The notes under the pieces were generated by a model. It made no database searches. It worked only from the letters and a program-made list of their open reading frames with translations, and was not told the DNA's origin. Source: a bacterium (GTDB lineage Bacteria > UBA8248). Taken from it: DNA of 64,000 bases. The stretch spans positions 1,440,001-1,504,000 of the forward strand of contig CBDCRP010000003.1 of assembly GCA_965221165.1 (NCBI GenBank), written 5' to 3'. This document shows positions 1 to 9,798 of this stretch, piece by piece. The position numbers were made by a program, and so were the translations under genes. Each line of letters begins with the position of its first letter. The stretch's first letter is position 1.

Positions 1-388
1 CAAGTACCATTAAGGAAATGCCGCTCAGGAAAGCTCCTATGGAAGAGGCGAGAGCTGATATGGAAAGAGCTCTAATGCCTTCGCCATTGCGGGTCATTGC
101 ATAGCCCTCAATGGCGGTTACGCTAGATCCTGGTGTTCCAGGCATTCCAAAAAGAATCGCTGGAATTGCTCCACCGTAAATTGAGGCACCAGCAATAGCC
201 ATCAAAAATATGACGGCCTGTTCTGGCTTCATCCAGAAAGTGAAGGGAAGCATTAATGCCATGGCAGTGGTCGAGTTTATTCCTGGTAAAGCGCCAAAAA
301 TAATTCCTATTGGTACACCGATAAACAGAAAAATCAAATTTTCGAATTTAAAAAGCAAATAAAGCCCGGGCCACATCGCGTCATACAT
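1..388 (-). CDS. tctA: Tripartite tricarboxylate transporter large permease TctA (N-terminal part, runs off the window edge)
   Basis: Manual translation from ATG 388 (SD AAGGGAG): MYDAMWPGLYLLFKFENLIFLFIGVPIGIIFGALPGINSTTAMALMLPFTF...YGGAIPAILFGMPGTPGS, which carries the TctA signatures. Follows tctC and tctB. Not in the ORF track. Confidence 0.9.
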   Translation of the reverse strand, partial: MYDAMWPGLYLLFKFENLIFLFIGVPIGIIFGALPGINSTTAMALMLPFTFWMKPEQAVIFLMAIAGASIYGGAIPAILFGMPGTPGSSVTAIEGYAMTRNGEGIRALSISALASSIGAFLSGISLMVL

Positions 389-400
389 GGTGACGCTCCC

Positions 401-817
401 TTAAAGCGGAAGAAGAAGAAACTTTACGAATACAGTATAAAATGCCGCTGTCGTACAAATTGCCATGAGTATCGATTTCCAGGCCGTCACACGCCACACG
501 AGAAGCATAAAAAATACTAATACGGGAGTCGCCAGTAGGAAGCCCATGCGCTCGACCGTGAGGGCATAGGCAACAGAAAGAATGATCACAGCACCAATCT
601 TTGACAAGATTTGGCGATTTGGCATTTTCTCTTCTTCTGTTTCGGGGCTGGCATCGTGGAGTTCTTTCCAAAGCTCATAGACGGACAAGCCAAGAAGAAG
701 AACTATGAGGATTCGCGGATACAAAGTCGAGGAAAATGGAAGAGAGTAGGTGTCAAAGAAATAACCGATTGAGAATACAACCGCAAAAGTTGGCAAGAAT
801 AAGCGATGTAAGCGCAT
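401..817 (-). CDS. tctB: TctB family small permease
   Basis: 138 aa, about 4 hydrophobic helices, YP motif near the N-terminus, C-terminal F..FLLLPL, located between tctC and tctA. Confidence 0.85.
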   Translation of the reverse strand: MRLHRLFLPTFAVVFSIGYFFDTYSLPFSSTLYPRILIVLLLGLSVYELWKELHDASPETEEEKMPNRQILSKIGAVIILSVAYALTVERMGFLLATPVLVFFMLLVWRVTAWKSILMAICTTAAFYTVFVKFLLLPL

Positions 818-903
818 AAGTGCTCTTCTTCCTGAGGGTACTCAGGATTGAACGTTTCCCCCTCATCCCTGTCTTTGATCCAGCTTCACCCTACAAATTT
901 GTT

Positions 904-1956
904 CTACCTTCGCGCGAAAATGTCTTTGTGCTCCGTCAAAATCTTGTCGAACTTCTTCATCTCTCTGTCAGCCTCATCGAGTCCCTTATATCGAATAACT
1001 GTTGTCGCCCTAAGTTTAGCAACGGCATCCTTAAATGCCTTCGTGGTCATCGTTTGTCGCCATGTTTCATCTAGCACTTTCCAACGGTCTGGATACTGCT
1101 CTTTGACTGCACTCGGAAACACGAAACCCTTGTAAACAGTCGGGTAGATTTCATCCTCTGTGACATGCTGCTCTGGAGGCAGGACCTCGTTCCACGTAGG
1201 AACATTTGGCCACAAGGGAGTTCTCTTCAAGGCACACGTCCCCAAGCCGCGTGCAAATGTTGGAACTCTGCGAGCCCAGGAGACCCAACTACCATGAGTC
1301 GCGAGCAGCTGATGGCCGCCTCGGATTTCACGAGTCAAACTGGCTCCCTTTCCGCTTTCGAACGGGAGTATCTTGCCGAACTTAAGGCCCGTCTTCTTTT
1401 CGAGAAGGCGGGGAAAGTAGTAATGCCAGCCTCTTGAGGTGGTTCCGACACTAATCTCTCCCGGGCGGCGCTTCATATCTCCAACCAGGTCTCCCAGGTC
1501 TTTCCACGGCGCTTGCTTGGCGCAGTAGAAAATCTGCTGGTCATCGTGAACCAGCGCCAGCCATGACCAGCTCTCCGCCTTGTAGGGGGGTTTCTGGAAG
1601 AGATATGTGATATTCAAATTCGGCAGCTGGCCGAAGACCATGTTATAGCCATCAGGTTCCTTACCGTAGACATATTCGTAGCCGACCTGGTTGTTGCCCC
1701 CAGGCTTGTTAATGACGACAATCGGAACTCCTAGAACTTTCTCCCAGGCAGGCGTAATGCCCCGTGTAAAAATATCCGTCCCGCCACCCGGTCTCCAGGG
1801 CACTGTCACGTGTATTGGCTTGCTTGGGAAGCTAGCAGCGTACCCCTTCCTTGGCTTGGCAAGGACGCCAGGTGCTGCAGTTAATGCTCCCAGAGTAAAG
1901 GCAGATTTCTTCAGAAAACTTCTCCGTGTCACCATCTTTTTGTTACGTGGCATCAC
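904..1956 (-). CDS. tctC: TctC/Bug family substrate-binding protein with a Tat signal
   Basis: TRRSFLK twin-arginine motif, FPSKPI..VPWRPGGGTD and VINKPGG Bug motifs. Confidence 0.9.
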   Translation of the reverse strand: MMPRNKKMVTRRSFLKKSAFTLGALTAAPGVLAKPRKGYAASFPSKPIHVTVPWRPGGGTDIFTRGITPAWEKVLGVPIVVINKPGGNNQVGYEYVYGKEPDGYNMVFGQLPNLNITYLFQKPPYKAESWSWLALVHDDQQIFYCAKQAPWKDLGDLVGDMKRRPGEISVGTTSRGWHYYFPRLLEKKTGLKFGKILPFESGKGASLTREIRGGHQLLATHGSWVSWARRVPTFARGLGTCALKRTPLWPNVPTWNEVLPPEQHVTEDEIYPTVYKGFVFPSAVKEQYPDRWKVLDETWRQTMTTKAFKDAVAKLRATTVIRYKGLDEADREMKKFDKILTEHKDIFARR

Positions 1957-2163
1957 TCTCCCTCCTCAGTTAAGAGCCTCGCTTTATAACTCATTGAAGC
2001 GTTGTGTGTAGCGTGCATGAGATGTTCTCCGCGGAACTCCGGACGTAGTGTGCTCCCCCCTCCCGGACGCCGAGCGCGATGAGCTTTTGGAGAAATCCCC
2101 GGCGATTCATCAGAAATCCTTTTTTTTCATCGTCGTTTCTCCTCAAGAGTTCACCCGGACATT

Positions 2164-3498
2164 TCAATTCACGCTGCTCGCATCTAGCAGCGCGCCCGCG
2201 TCGAAGACCGTTTGCTTGTCTATCGAAATGGTGAGCGTCTGAAGAGCCGCGCGCACCAGATCCTTCCGAAGGGTGCGCTCTCTCTCCTCGGTCAGTTCCG
2301 GATCCCCGAACGGGTAATGGAATCGGACGCCCCGCACAATGCGGTTGCAGCCCATAGATAAGGCAACGGTGAAGAAGCAGGTTACCAAGACGGTGGGAAT
2401 CCCCGCCGCCTCGAGTTGTTTCGCCAGCGTAGCTCCGCTACGCGTCCCCGACCCTCACGTAGCCGGCACCAAGACCCCGTGAATCCCAGCCTCTTTCAGT
2501 TCAGCGGCGATGACCTTACCGATCTGGCTCATCACGCCGACATTGCCCCAGTTCCCGCAGGTCACGTAGTAGGTATCGTGAAGCCTTCCGAAGAACCCCT
2601 CCCTTTCCAACGACCGAAGCGCATCCAGCGGCACGCCTCTGTTGGGGTCCTCGTTGATCCGCGTGTTGTCGTATCCTCCGTGAATGGATTCGTGGGTCTC
2701 GGCGGAAAGCGCCTTAAGACCATCGAGGCTGTACTTTTCCCATTTCTGCGTTCGGACACCTTCGACTCGACCGGGATTTCCCTTGGGGACGACCCCACAC
2801 TCGGTCACCACGGCGATGGTGGATTCGGTCAGGTTGGCCAGGGGTGAGGGAGGCGGAACGACCTCGACCGCGCTGAGGCGAAGTTCGGTCCGCGGGCTCT
2901 CCATCCGGATTTTCTCGAGGAGAAGATCCAGCGCCCTCCCTTCCGCCGAGCGGCGATGGCGGGCGTTCCTTCGGATGCCGCGAGGGAAGTAGCCTTCCTC
3001 CTCCGGGCTTCCGACGGATTCCCTCCTCCCCAAGCGCACTGCGAGGTGGGCCATCCGCTGCAGAGAGGCCGGCATTTCCACGACGGAATCCCCTGAGGGG
3101 ACCACATAAGCATGCGCGCGATATAACTCCAGGGCGGGATTCTCCTCCGACATTCCGACGACCGCCGGGACTCCGCAGTCGCTCATGGCACAGGCCGCCA
3201 CCGCCCCGCAGGCCAGTCCGTATCTTCCGGACGCGAACGCTGGCCCCGCGATGAGCACATGGGGCGATGCCCCCCGGATGGCCCGCCGAATTTCTTCGAG
3301 GGTCTGGCCTTCGGCCTTCTCGAAGGTACCGTCGCCGCAAATAATGGTCGTCACAAAAGCGTCGTCGCCCAACTCCCGCTGGAGTAGCTTCCCGGGCCCC
3401 ACGGGGCCTTCTATGATCTCCAATGGGCAATCCGCCTTTTCTTCACCCCCCTTGCCGCCAAAATATTGATTGAGATAATGGACCACTCGAATGGACAT
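2164..3498 (-). CDS. grdB: Glycine/sarcosine/betaine reductase selenoprotein B (444 aa, Sec at UGA 2457-2455)
   Basis: Starts RVVHYLNQYFGG.GGEEKAD and contains AGPAF.SGRYG and HGGYD. ORFs 2455..3498 and 2164..2388 are in frame across a TGA, giving ...VPAT-U-GSGTRSGATLAKQLEAAGIPTV...NRIV..PFGDP. A SECIS-like hairpin follows the TGA. Confidence 0.93.
2427..2443 (-). promoter_or_regulatory. Bacterial SECIS-like hairpin for grdB
   Basis: GCGTAGC-GGA-GCTACGC: perfect 7-bp stem with a G-starting loop 18 nt downstream of the UGA. Confidence 0.75.
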
Positions 3499-3508
3499 GA
3501 ATTCTCTC

Positions 3509-4792
3509 CTAGAAGGAGACGCAGGAAATCCCCGATATCCCCATCTGCCACTGGCTTGCGTAAAGCTCGTGTCCCGTCACTTCCCCGCCCGCCAATGGAT
3601 CGATGGGTGGGCGCTCGTAGAATTCGAGCGGTTGGGGCCCGAGGACCTTTTCCACTGGCGGCAGGACCAACGGCTCGTCCAGATTCCCCGTGCTCACGAT
3701 GACATCCGCTTCCGGGACGAAATCCGCGACCGGAAAGTCGCGCCCGTCTTGCCCTGCGTGCTCATGGATTTTCAGCACCGTCTTGATGCCTGCCGACTCG
3801 CAGGCCCGCACCGTCAGCATTGCATCGATGATGGTGTTGCCGGTCCCCTCGATACTGATGATCGCGCCATCGGCTTGAAGCAGCCGCGCCAGGTTCGCCG
3901 CAAAATAGGCGCTCCGCTCCTTCAGCAAGTGGTTGTCGTTGTGACCCCGCGTCAGAATCACCCCCGCGAACAGCAGATCTCTGTCGTGCCGGTCTAGCAA
4001 TTCCATGATTGCCGGGTTGCGGCAATGCATGAACGTGGGAATTTTCATCGCACTCTTGTAATTGCCGCTCACCACCGCGCCATCCAGCATTTCCGTCGGG
4101 TATAGAGCGGTAGGGGTATGGATTCGCGTGCTCTGCCCGTAAAGGAAGGTTTGGACGAGTTCCCCTTGGTCCTGGACTTGGCCGATATAGACGACGCGTG
4201 GCTTCTGGCCGTCCGATGACGCTGCTATGTCGAACACTTCCACGTCGTCCACCTCCTGCTCGAAGCCGAGGCGCCCGAGATGATGGGCGAACTGCAGAGT
4301 CACTGTTCGAATGGCCACATCAAACTCGTGGTTCGTCGCGTCCGGACAAGGCCAAAACGTGAGGACGAGGTTGAAACTGCCCGAGCAGGCGCAGAGGGGG
4401 GCGGCCGGGCCAGCCATGTCGATCACTGCCGGGCGGACGGTCAGGACGCCGGTGGACTTTTGGGGGAAGATTCCGCACTGCACCACGCGCAGATTGCTTA
4501 ACCGGTGTGTGACGCCGCCGCCGACCGTTTGGGATGGGCCGATGAAACCGGGGAAGGCGTCCAGGGGCGCGGGCCCCGCCTTGGCGATGGGCTCGACGGC
4601 GTCGAGCGGATTGACGATGCGCACGGATTCGTTCGGCCGCGCAATCTCAACGGCCACCCGCTGGATGGCCGGATGCGGACGTGCGAACTTTTCCAAGTAC
4701 GAGGGATCGATGCATAAGTTGCCATCTTTCATCTGATTTTTCGATCCGAGCTCTATTTCGCGGACGGTATGATTATGAACTTCCAGGCGCAT
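3509..4792 (-). CDS. grdE: Reductase component B partner subunit (GrdE/GrdI-like)
   Basis: MRLE..., IARPNESVRI...D.VEP, IDM.GP.A, PTEMLDGAVVSGN, KERSA, ADGAIIS.EG.GN and VSTGN motifs. Adjacent to grdB. Confidence 0.88.
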   Translation of the reverse strand: MRLEVHNHTVREIELGSKNQMKDGNLCIDPSYLEKFARPHPAIQRVAVEIARPNESVRIVNPLDAVEPIAKAGPAPLDAFPGFIGPSQTVGGGVTHRLSNLRVVQCGIFPQKSTGVLTVRPAVIDMAGPAAPLCACSGSFNLVLTFWPCPDATNHEFDVAIRTVTLQFAHHLGRLGFEQEVDDVEVFDIAASSDGQKPRVVYIGQVQDQGELVQTFLYGQSTRIHTPTALYPTEMLDGAVVSGNYKSAMKIPTFMHCRNPAIMELLDRHDRDLLFAGVILTRGHNDNHLLKERSAYFAANLARLLQADGAIISIEGTGNTIIDAMLTVRACESAGIKTVLKIHEHAGQDGRDFPVADFVPEADVIVSTGNLDEPLVLPPVEKVLGPQPLEFYERPPIDPLAGGEVTGHELYASQWQMGISGISCVSF

Positions 4793-4818
4793 GGCATCTC
4801 CCAGTCAAAGCGTAGACC

Positions 4819-6237
4819 TCATTCCGGCCGTGACAAGACGAACGAGATCCCGTCCATCAGCTGGGTCATCCGTCCGAGGAAGAGGCTTCCCTTGGCGACG
4901 AACATCACGTGGTCCAAGCTTCCCTGCCGAAGTCGGGACAGAGCGTGGCCGACATAGGGGACGGCGGCCGGTATGTGGCCCTGCGTCGGGGAAAATCCCA
5001 CCATCCCCCGGGAAGTCACGAACTCCGGGATCTCGGTGGCGAGTATTTCTTTCCGCAGAACGGCGAACGCCCCCAACGAGCGGTAGTTGTTGCGCGGGAC
5101 ATCTCCGCTACCCGCTGGCTCGGTGATTTCCGGATTGTGGAGCTCCACGGCGAAACGGGAGATGTCCAGCATTTTCATCCCAAGAGCCCGGAGCGGCTCG
5201 CCCACCAGCGTCTCGAGCAGCGCCTGCTCGGAGATCCCCGCCTTGACCCGATGCTGCCCAATCGCCTCCATGCGGATGAAGGGAGCTTCCCCCGTACGTC
5301 CGGTCATCAGGAAGGCCATGCTGGCGAGGACATCCTCCAGGATGGGCATGTCGTTCTTGAGATGTCCCAGAAACTTCATCCCGAGCTTGGGGAGGGAGCC
5401 GCCGCCCACCACCGCCACCTGGCGTGCAATTCCGGCCGAGATGAGGGCCGCACCGTGGACGATGGCGTAACCCGGCGAGGCACAGAAGGATTTGATGTCT
5501 ACCCCGCTCGCATTGGAGCAGCCCGCCATCTCCGCAATCGCCTTGGCTAGATTCCCCCCTCCCCTGTTGTACCGATCGCCCACCGCATCCTCAGAGCATG
5601 AGAGGACCACATCGACCGTTTCGGGATCCATCCGTTGTTGAGTCAGCAGGTGACGCAGCGCGAAAGCACCGGTGGCCTTCGCGGCAAAATTCTCCAGAAG
5701 CACCGTCGGTTCGAGATTTGGATCTTGCTCGTGGGCTTGGCGCACGCATCCCACCGTCTTCCCCTCGTGGAAGAGCGGCAAAGCGCCTTCTCGGTCTATC
5801 TCGTCATTGATGTCCCCCAAGAGTTTCCCCTCCAGGGGTCCGAGGCCCTCCTGACTCCACCCTCGGCGCCTCCAGGGGTCTTCCTGACCGGATAGCCACT
5901 CGTATTCAAGCCAGACCAAGTCAAACTGGTCCGCTTCCTTCATGAGGAGAAAGAAATCCGGCTGGGTAAGGATCTCCCCGAACTTCCCGATTACCGGCGC
6001 GGACCCATTTGTGCGGCAAAACCAAGGCCTCGGCTCCCGATTCAGATCTTCCGGCCCCTGGTTTCCGATGAACACCTGATGAGGGAGGTAATCGACCGCC
6101 GATTGGAACGTCCGCAGGCGATTGGCGAATTCGGAGCGAAGGGCAGGTCGGACTGACAGTTCCCACAGAGGCTTGGAGCCGTACCGCACGAGGTCGGAAA
6201 CGTGGAAGAGATGATATCCTGCCGCCATCAATTCCAT
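4819..6237 (-). CDS. grdC: Reductase protein C, GrdC-like subunit
   Basis: PHQVFIGN, GKFGEI, AHEQDPNL..LLEN..KATG, CSEDAVGD.Y.RGGGN.AKAIAE, FCA, ELHNPEIT.PAGSGDVP, PTQGHIP and KGSLFLGRMT motifs. Confidence 0.92.
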   Translation of the reverse strand: MELMAAGYHLFHVSDLVRYGSKPLWELSVRPALRSEFANRLRTFQSAVDYLPHQVFIGNQGPEDLNREPRPWFCRTNGSAPVIGKFGEILTQPDFFLLMKEADQFDLVWLEYEWLSGQEDPWRRRGWSQEGLGPLEGKLLGDINDEIDREGALPLFHEGKTVGCVRQAHEQDPNLEPTVLLENFAAKATGAFALRHLLTQQRMDPETVDVVLSCSEDAVGDRYNRGGGNLAKAIAEMAGCSNASGVDIKSFCASPGYAIVHGAALISAGIARQVAVVGGGSLPKLGMKFLGHLKNDMPILEDVLASMAFLMTGRTGEAPFIRMEAIGQHRVKAGISEQALLETLVGEPLRALGMKMLDISRFAVELHNPEITEPAGSGDVPRNNYRSLGAFAVLRKEILATEIPEFVTSRGMVGFSPTQGHIPAAVPYVGHALSRLRQGSLDHVMFVAKGSLFLGRMTQLMDGISFVLSRPE

Positions 6238-6278
6238 CGGGAACCTCCCATTATATTTTGCCGAGCCGATGTGCCCCG

Positions 6279-6746
6279 CTAGCCGGCGCTCAAGCTGCGC
6301 ACCTTCTCGATGGCTCCGAACAGAGAGTCCAAGTCAGTCGACAGCTTGGGGAACTCCAATTTCTCCTGGTAAAGCGCTTCCGGGATGATCGCTTCGAAGG
6401 CGGGCTCGAATATGTGGTAGAAGGGGAGGTCGAGCTCCACCCCTCCCAGCGGTCCCGCGTAGCTGGGGTCACCCTTGGTGAGGGTAACCCCCATTGTTTC
6501 GATGGTGCTCGGATCCTTGGCGCCCAGGACTGCGATTAGGTTCTCTTTGCCGTGCGCCTCGACGAGGCGCTTGATGGAGGCTTGGTTTTCAAAGTCCATG
6601 CCTCCCGCCGCGGTTCAGACGAAGCACTGGGTCAGTTCGAGGACCACTTCTAGTCCCCCGCCACGCAGGCATTCGCCGATCAGGCGCCCCTGGACGCCGT
6701 CTCGCTCGCCGAAAGCGATGAATTTTCCCCCTTCAAATTCTCTCAT
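6279..6746 (-). CDS. grdA: Reductase selenoprotein A (155 aa, Sec at codon 44, UGA 6617-6615)
   Basis: ATG 6746 overlaps the IclR stop (ATGA). Translation MREFEGGKFIAFGERDGVQG...TQCFV-U-TAAGGMDFENQ...GDPSYAGPL matches the GrdA CxxU motif. The track ORF 6279..6599 is only the part after Sec. Confidence 0.94.
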
Positions 6747-7528
6747 GCCAATCTCCCATACGACAGATTTGACGAAAGCAAATCTATTCGAAATCCCAAA
6801 TCCTTGCTGATATCAGATACCGCTATTCGGAGTTCCCGTGTGAGATTCGATTTCGCTTTACGGGAAAATCTCAAATCAGGCACGTAGAGGCTGATGCAAT
6901 AGTCCACACAGCCGTTCGCCGTATAGATTGGCGCCGCGATGCCCACGCCGCCCACGGTCCGCTCTTGAACCCCAATGGATACCCCCTTGGCCTTGATGCG
7001 CGGAAGTTCGCGCCGCAGTTCTTCTTCGCGCACGACTGTCGAAGGGCCGACGGGCTTGAGCAGGACCTGTCGGAAATATTGGTCGGTCTCCTCCTGGCTC
7101 AAGTGCGCCAGCAGAATTTTCCCCGCCCCTCCGCAATAGAGGGGAACAAGTTTGCCGAGCTCGGCGGCCATCCGCAATTCGTGTGAGCTTTCGAACTGCA
7201 TGACACACGCACGCGCATTGCCCATCTTTCTCCATAGGCACACCGTTTCTTGCGTTCGATCACGGAGATGGCGCATATGATAGGAGCTGCTGGCCACCAC
7301 GTCCTGATGGACCAGGCTTCTCAGCATTCCGATGAGCCTTAGGCCCAAGACCCAACCCCGTCCGGTGCTCGTTCGCTGAATGAGACCCGACTCCTCCAAG
7401 GTTCGCGTGAGTCGGAGTGCGGTGCTCTTGGGGAATCCCGAAAGCTTGACCACTTCCGGGAATGTCAGGACCGGCCGCTGGGAGGTAAAAAGGTCCAAGA
7501 TGGACAACAACTTTTCGAGTAGTTTCAT
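6743..7528 (-). CDS. IclR family transcriptional regulator
   Basis: N-terminal HTH (LSILDLF...PKST..RL..TL), PLYCGGAGKILLA and GIAAPI in the effector domain. Confidence 0.92.
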   Translation of the reverse strand: MKLLEKLLSILDLFTSQRPVLTFPEVVKLSGFPKSTALRLTRTLEESGLIQRTSTGRGWVLGLRLIGMLRSLVHQDVVASSSYHMRHLRDRTQETVCLWRKMGNARACVMQFESSHELRMAAELGKLVPLYCGGAGKILLAHLSQEETDQYFRQVLLKPVGPSTVVREEELRRELPRIKAKGVSIGVQERTVGGVGIAAPIYTANGCVDYCISLYVPDLRFSRKAKSNLTRELRIAVSDISKDLGFRIDLLSSNLSYGRLA

Positions 7529-7894
7529 TTTCCGGACCTCTTATGCTAATTTATGGAACTTTCTCATTAACTCGGATAGGTGTCAAGAGGGCATTTTCCC
7601 CGTTTGAAGCTCGGGAAATGGGATGCGGACGGCGAACCTAGGCAGTTGAACTTGACATCGCTAGATGAAAAACGAACAAGAATTTGATTATGGCTCAGTC
7701 GTCGAATCTGACCTTGTCTTGCAGTGAGGCGGAACCATGAGCGTCTGCAGTCCCAGAATTCCTCCATGCCATTGTTCTTGCTTCCTTGCTTCAAATGTTG
7801 TGGCATGACGATAGGGGTTTCGCCGACTGGGATTTATTGGGCACGCCATATGGTTGACTCCGACAAGACATCTGTTTCCATTGAAGAGGGCGAG

Positions 7895-9007
7895 ATGCTT
7901 CCAAAGAAATTACTTTCTCGGCATCCCATCCTGCGGGAGTTTCTGCTGGATCAGGCTCCCTTCGTGATTTCTCTGTTTGTCCTCGGGATTGCCGCTAACT
8001 ACTTGCAGCATGGTTTCATGCCGGGAGGAGATCGACCGTATCCCCTCGCCGAAGTGGCGGTCCCATTGTGGCATCTTCTCTGGCTGGGCTTCTGGACCGG
8101 CTACATCATGGCGCTGGTGGGTGAGGCCAGCGGTCTTCTCGCGCTCCCTTACTCGATGTCTGTGCTGAATTTTCAGACGCTCGCCGTAACCCCCACCCAC
8201 CTTCTCATTACATTCCTCAATCCCTATGGCGCGCTCATAGGCTTCTGGCGAGAGAGGCGCTGGAACCTGGACATTGCTCTGTGGCTTTGCCTCGGCACGC
8301 TGGTGGGGTCGCAGGCTGGCCCCTTCATTCGGGTGTACTTCCTGTCTCAGCCGGCTCCCATCAAGGCATTGATCGGCGCAGGGCTTTTCTATTTGGGGGG
8401 TCATCTGATGTACGAGGTCACACCGCGGTATCTGGCCCGGAGGCGCGACCTCACAACATTCAAGGCGAAGTTCGACGCCCATGTGAAGAAAATGCTCCGA
8501 GAAGGTAAGAATCCCTCTGGCATCCCGGAGAAGGCGATGATTCATACGCTGGAGCGTTCGTGGCGGAGAATCACCATTTCCTTTTGGGATGAGAGCTATA
8601 CTTTGTGCCCGCCCCTGCTGCTGCTTCTGGGGACAGGGGTCGGCCTAGTATCCTCTACGATAGGCGTGGGCGGAGGGTTCTTAATGACCCCGCTCTTGGT
8701 GAAGATTTACCGGCTCCCGATGTTTGTGGTCGTGGCCGCCTCCATCCCGTTCGTCGTGGTGCAGTCGCTCGTCGGGTTCTTCGCCTACAACGTCACTCTC
8801 CCCCTGCTCACTGGCGGTTATGTAAATTCGGAGTGGGGATGGGGCTTCCTGGTCGCTTCCTCCGCTGTAATGGGGGCATGGTGTGCATCCAAAACGCAGA
8901 AATTCGTGCCCGAACACTACCTCAAGCTGATGCTGGGGATCCTGAGCGGCCTGGGTGGCTTGGTGTATCTATTGAACTACTTGATTGGACTTCCCTTCGA
9001 GATATGA
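7895..9007 (+). CDS. TauE/SafE (TSUP) sulfite exporter family membrane protein
   Basis: Multi-pass hydrophobic protein with the IGVGGGFLMTPLL signature. Start chosen at ATG 7895 after GAAGAGG (in frame with track ORF 7724). Confidence 0.8.
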   Translation: MLPKKLLSRHPILREFLLDQAPFVISLFVLGIAANYLQHGFMPGGDRPYPLAEVAVPLWHLLWLGFWTGYIMALVGEASGLLALPYSMSVLNFQTLAVTPTHLLITFLNPYGALIGFWRERRWNLDIALWLCLGTLVGSQAGPFIRVYFLSQPAPIKALIGAGLFYLGGHLMYEVTPRYLARRRDLTTFKAKFDAHVKKMLREGKNPSGIPEKAMIHTLERSWRRITISFWDESYTLCPPLLLLLGTGVGLVSSTIGVGGGFLMTPLLVKIYRLPMFVVVAASIPFVVVQSLVGFFAYNVTLPLLTGGYVNSEWGWGFLVASSAVMGAWCASKTQKFVPEHYLKLMLGILSGLGGLVYLLNYLIGLPFEI

Positions 9008-9120
9008 AAACACCGCCGTTCTTCCGAAAAATGAGAACTCTTCTCCTTCCCTTATTGCCGTTTGCGGTTCTCTTTCTGGCGATATTGATAGCTGCCTATC
9101 ATATTGCAGTGTATCGCTGA
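9004..9120 (+). CDS. Possible 38-aa single-pass membrane peptide
   Basis: ATGA overlap with the TSUP stop. MKTPPFFRKMRTLLLPLLPFAVLFLAILIAAYHIAVYR has a basic N-terminus and one TM helix. Confidence 0.45.
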   Translation: MKTPPFFRKMRTLLLPLLPFAVLFLAILIAAYHIAVYR

Positions 9121-9471
9121 ATTCTTCCTGACGTTCCCCCCTTCTATGAAAGCCCGTTGCGCGTTAAGGTATTTTCTCAACCAGGCAGCCGCGAGTCCTA
9201 TTCTTCTATCCGAGCGTTGGCTTGTGAGTCTTGCCCATCTGGGTGCTTTGAGAGGGCGACGGCTGACCTATCTTAGACCGAGCTTTGAAGCCCAAGGGGG
9301 CTCGATTTCGCCGTCGCAAGCGCGGGAAGGCGACCGTGTCTCCCTCTCACTCATGCGGCCTGCCGCTGCATCTGATGATAGAGTCACCTTATCCACCGAT
9401 TGCAGACAGCCGCCACAATCACGCTGGTGGGTTTTCCGGCCTCATGTATCTTGAGGGCAAGCCGGCTCTCT

Positions 9472-9795
9472 TGACTTGCCCCCGATAGTGGTACCACTCC
9501 CTATAAGAGTCCTAGAACCATGGCCGAAGGGCGAAGCGGAGCGATGCCCGGAGGCCATGGTTCTTTTGTTTCAGGTGCCGGAGGCCGGTAATCCAATGAA
9601 CTATGCGGCCTAATTCTGTTGTACACATGCCTCCAGCGTTCCACCAGCACTTTCGCTTCGTGTAGCGTATCGAATCTCTCCAGATTCAAGAGTTCATCCC
9701 GCATCTTTCCGATAAAAGATTCGACATATCCATTCTCCCAAGGGCTTCCAGGCTCGATGAAGAGCGTCTTCACGCCCAGGCGGGAGAGCCACTCT
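9472..9795 (-). mobile_element. IS3-family remnant (integrase C-terminus plus terminal inverted repeat)
   Basis: [24 protein letters not shown]...YN..RPHSSL.Y.PP integrase core. The end sequence TGACTTGCCCCC at 9472 resembles IS3/IS407-group termini. The 5' part is missing. Confidence 0.85.
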
Positions 9796-9798
9796 CTG

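Noticed and set aside
2455-2457. grdB and grdA as nonsense pseudogenes
   Set aside because: Both TGA codons fall exactly at the known Sec positions and the reading frames continue in frame.
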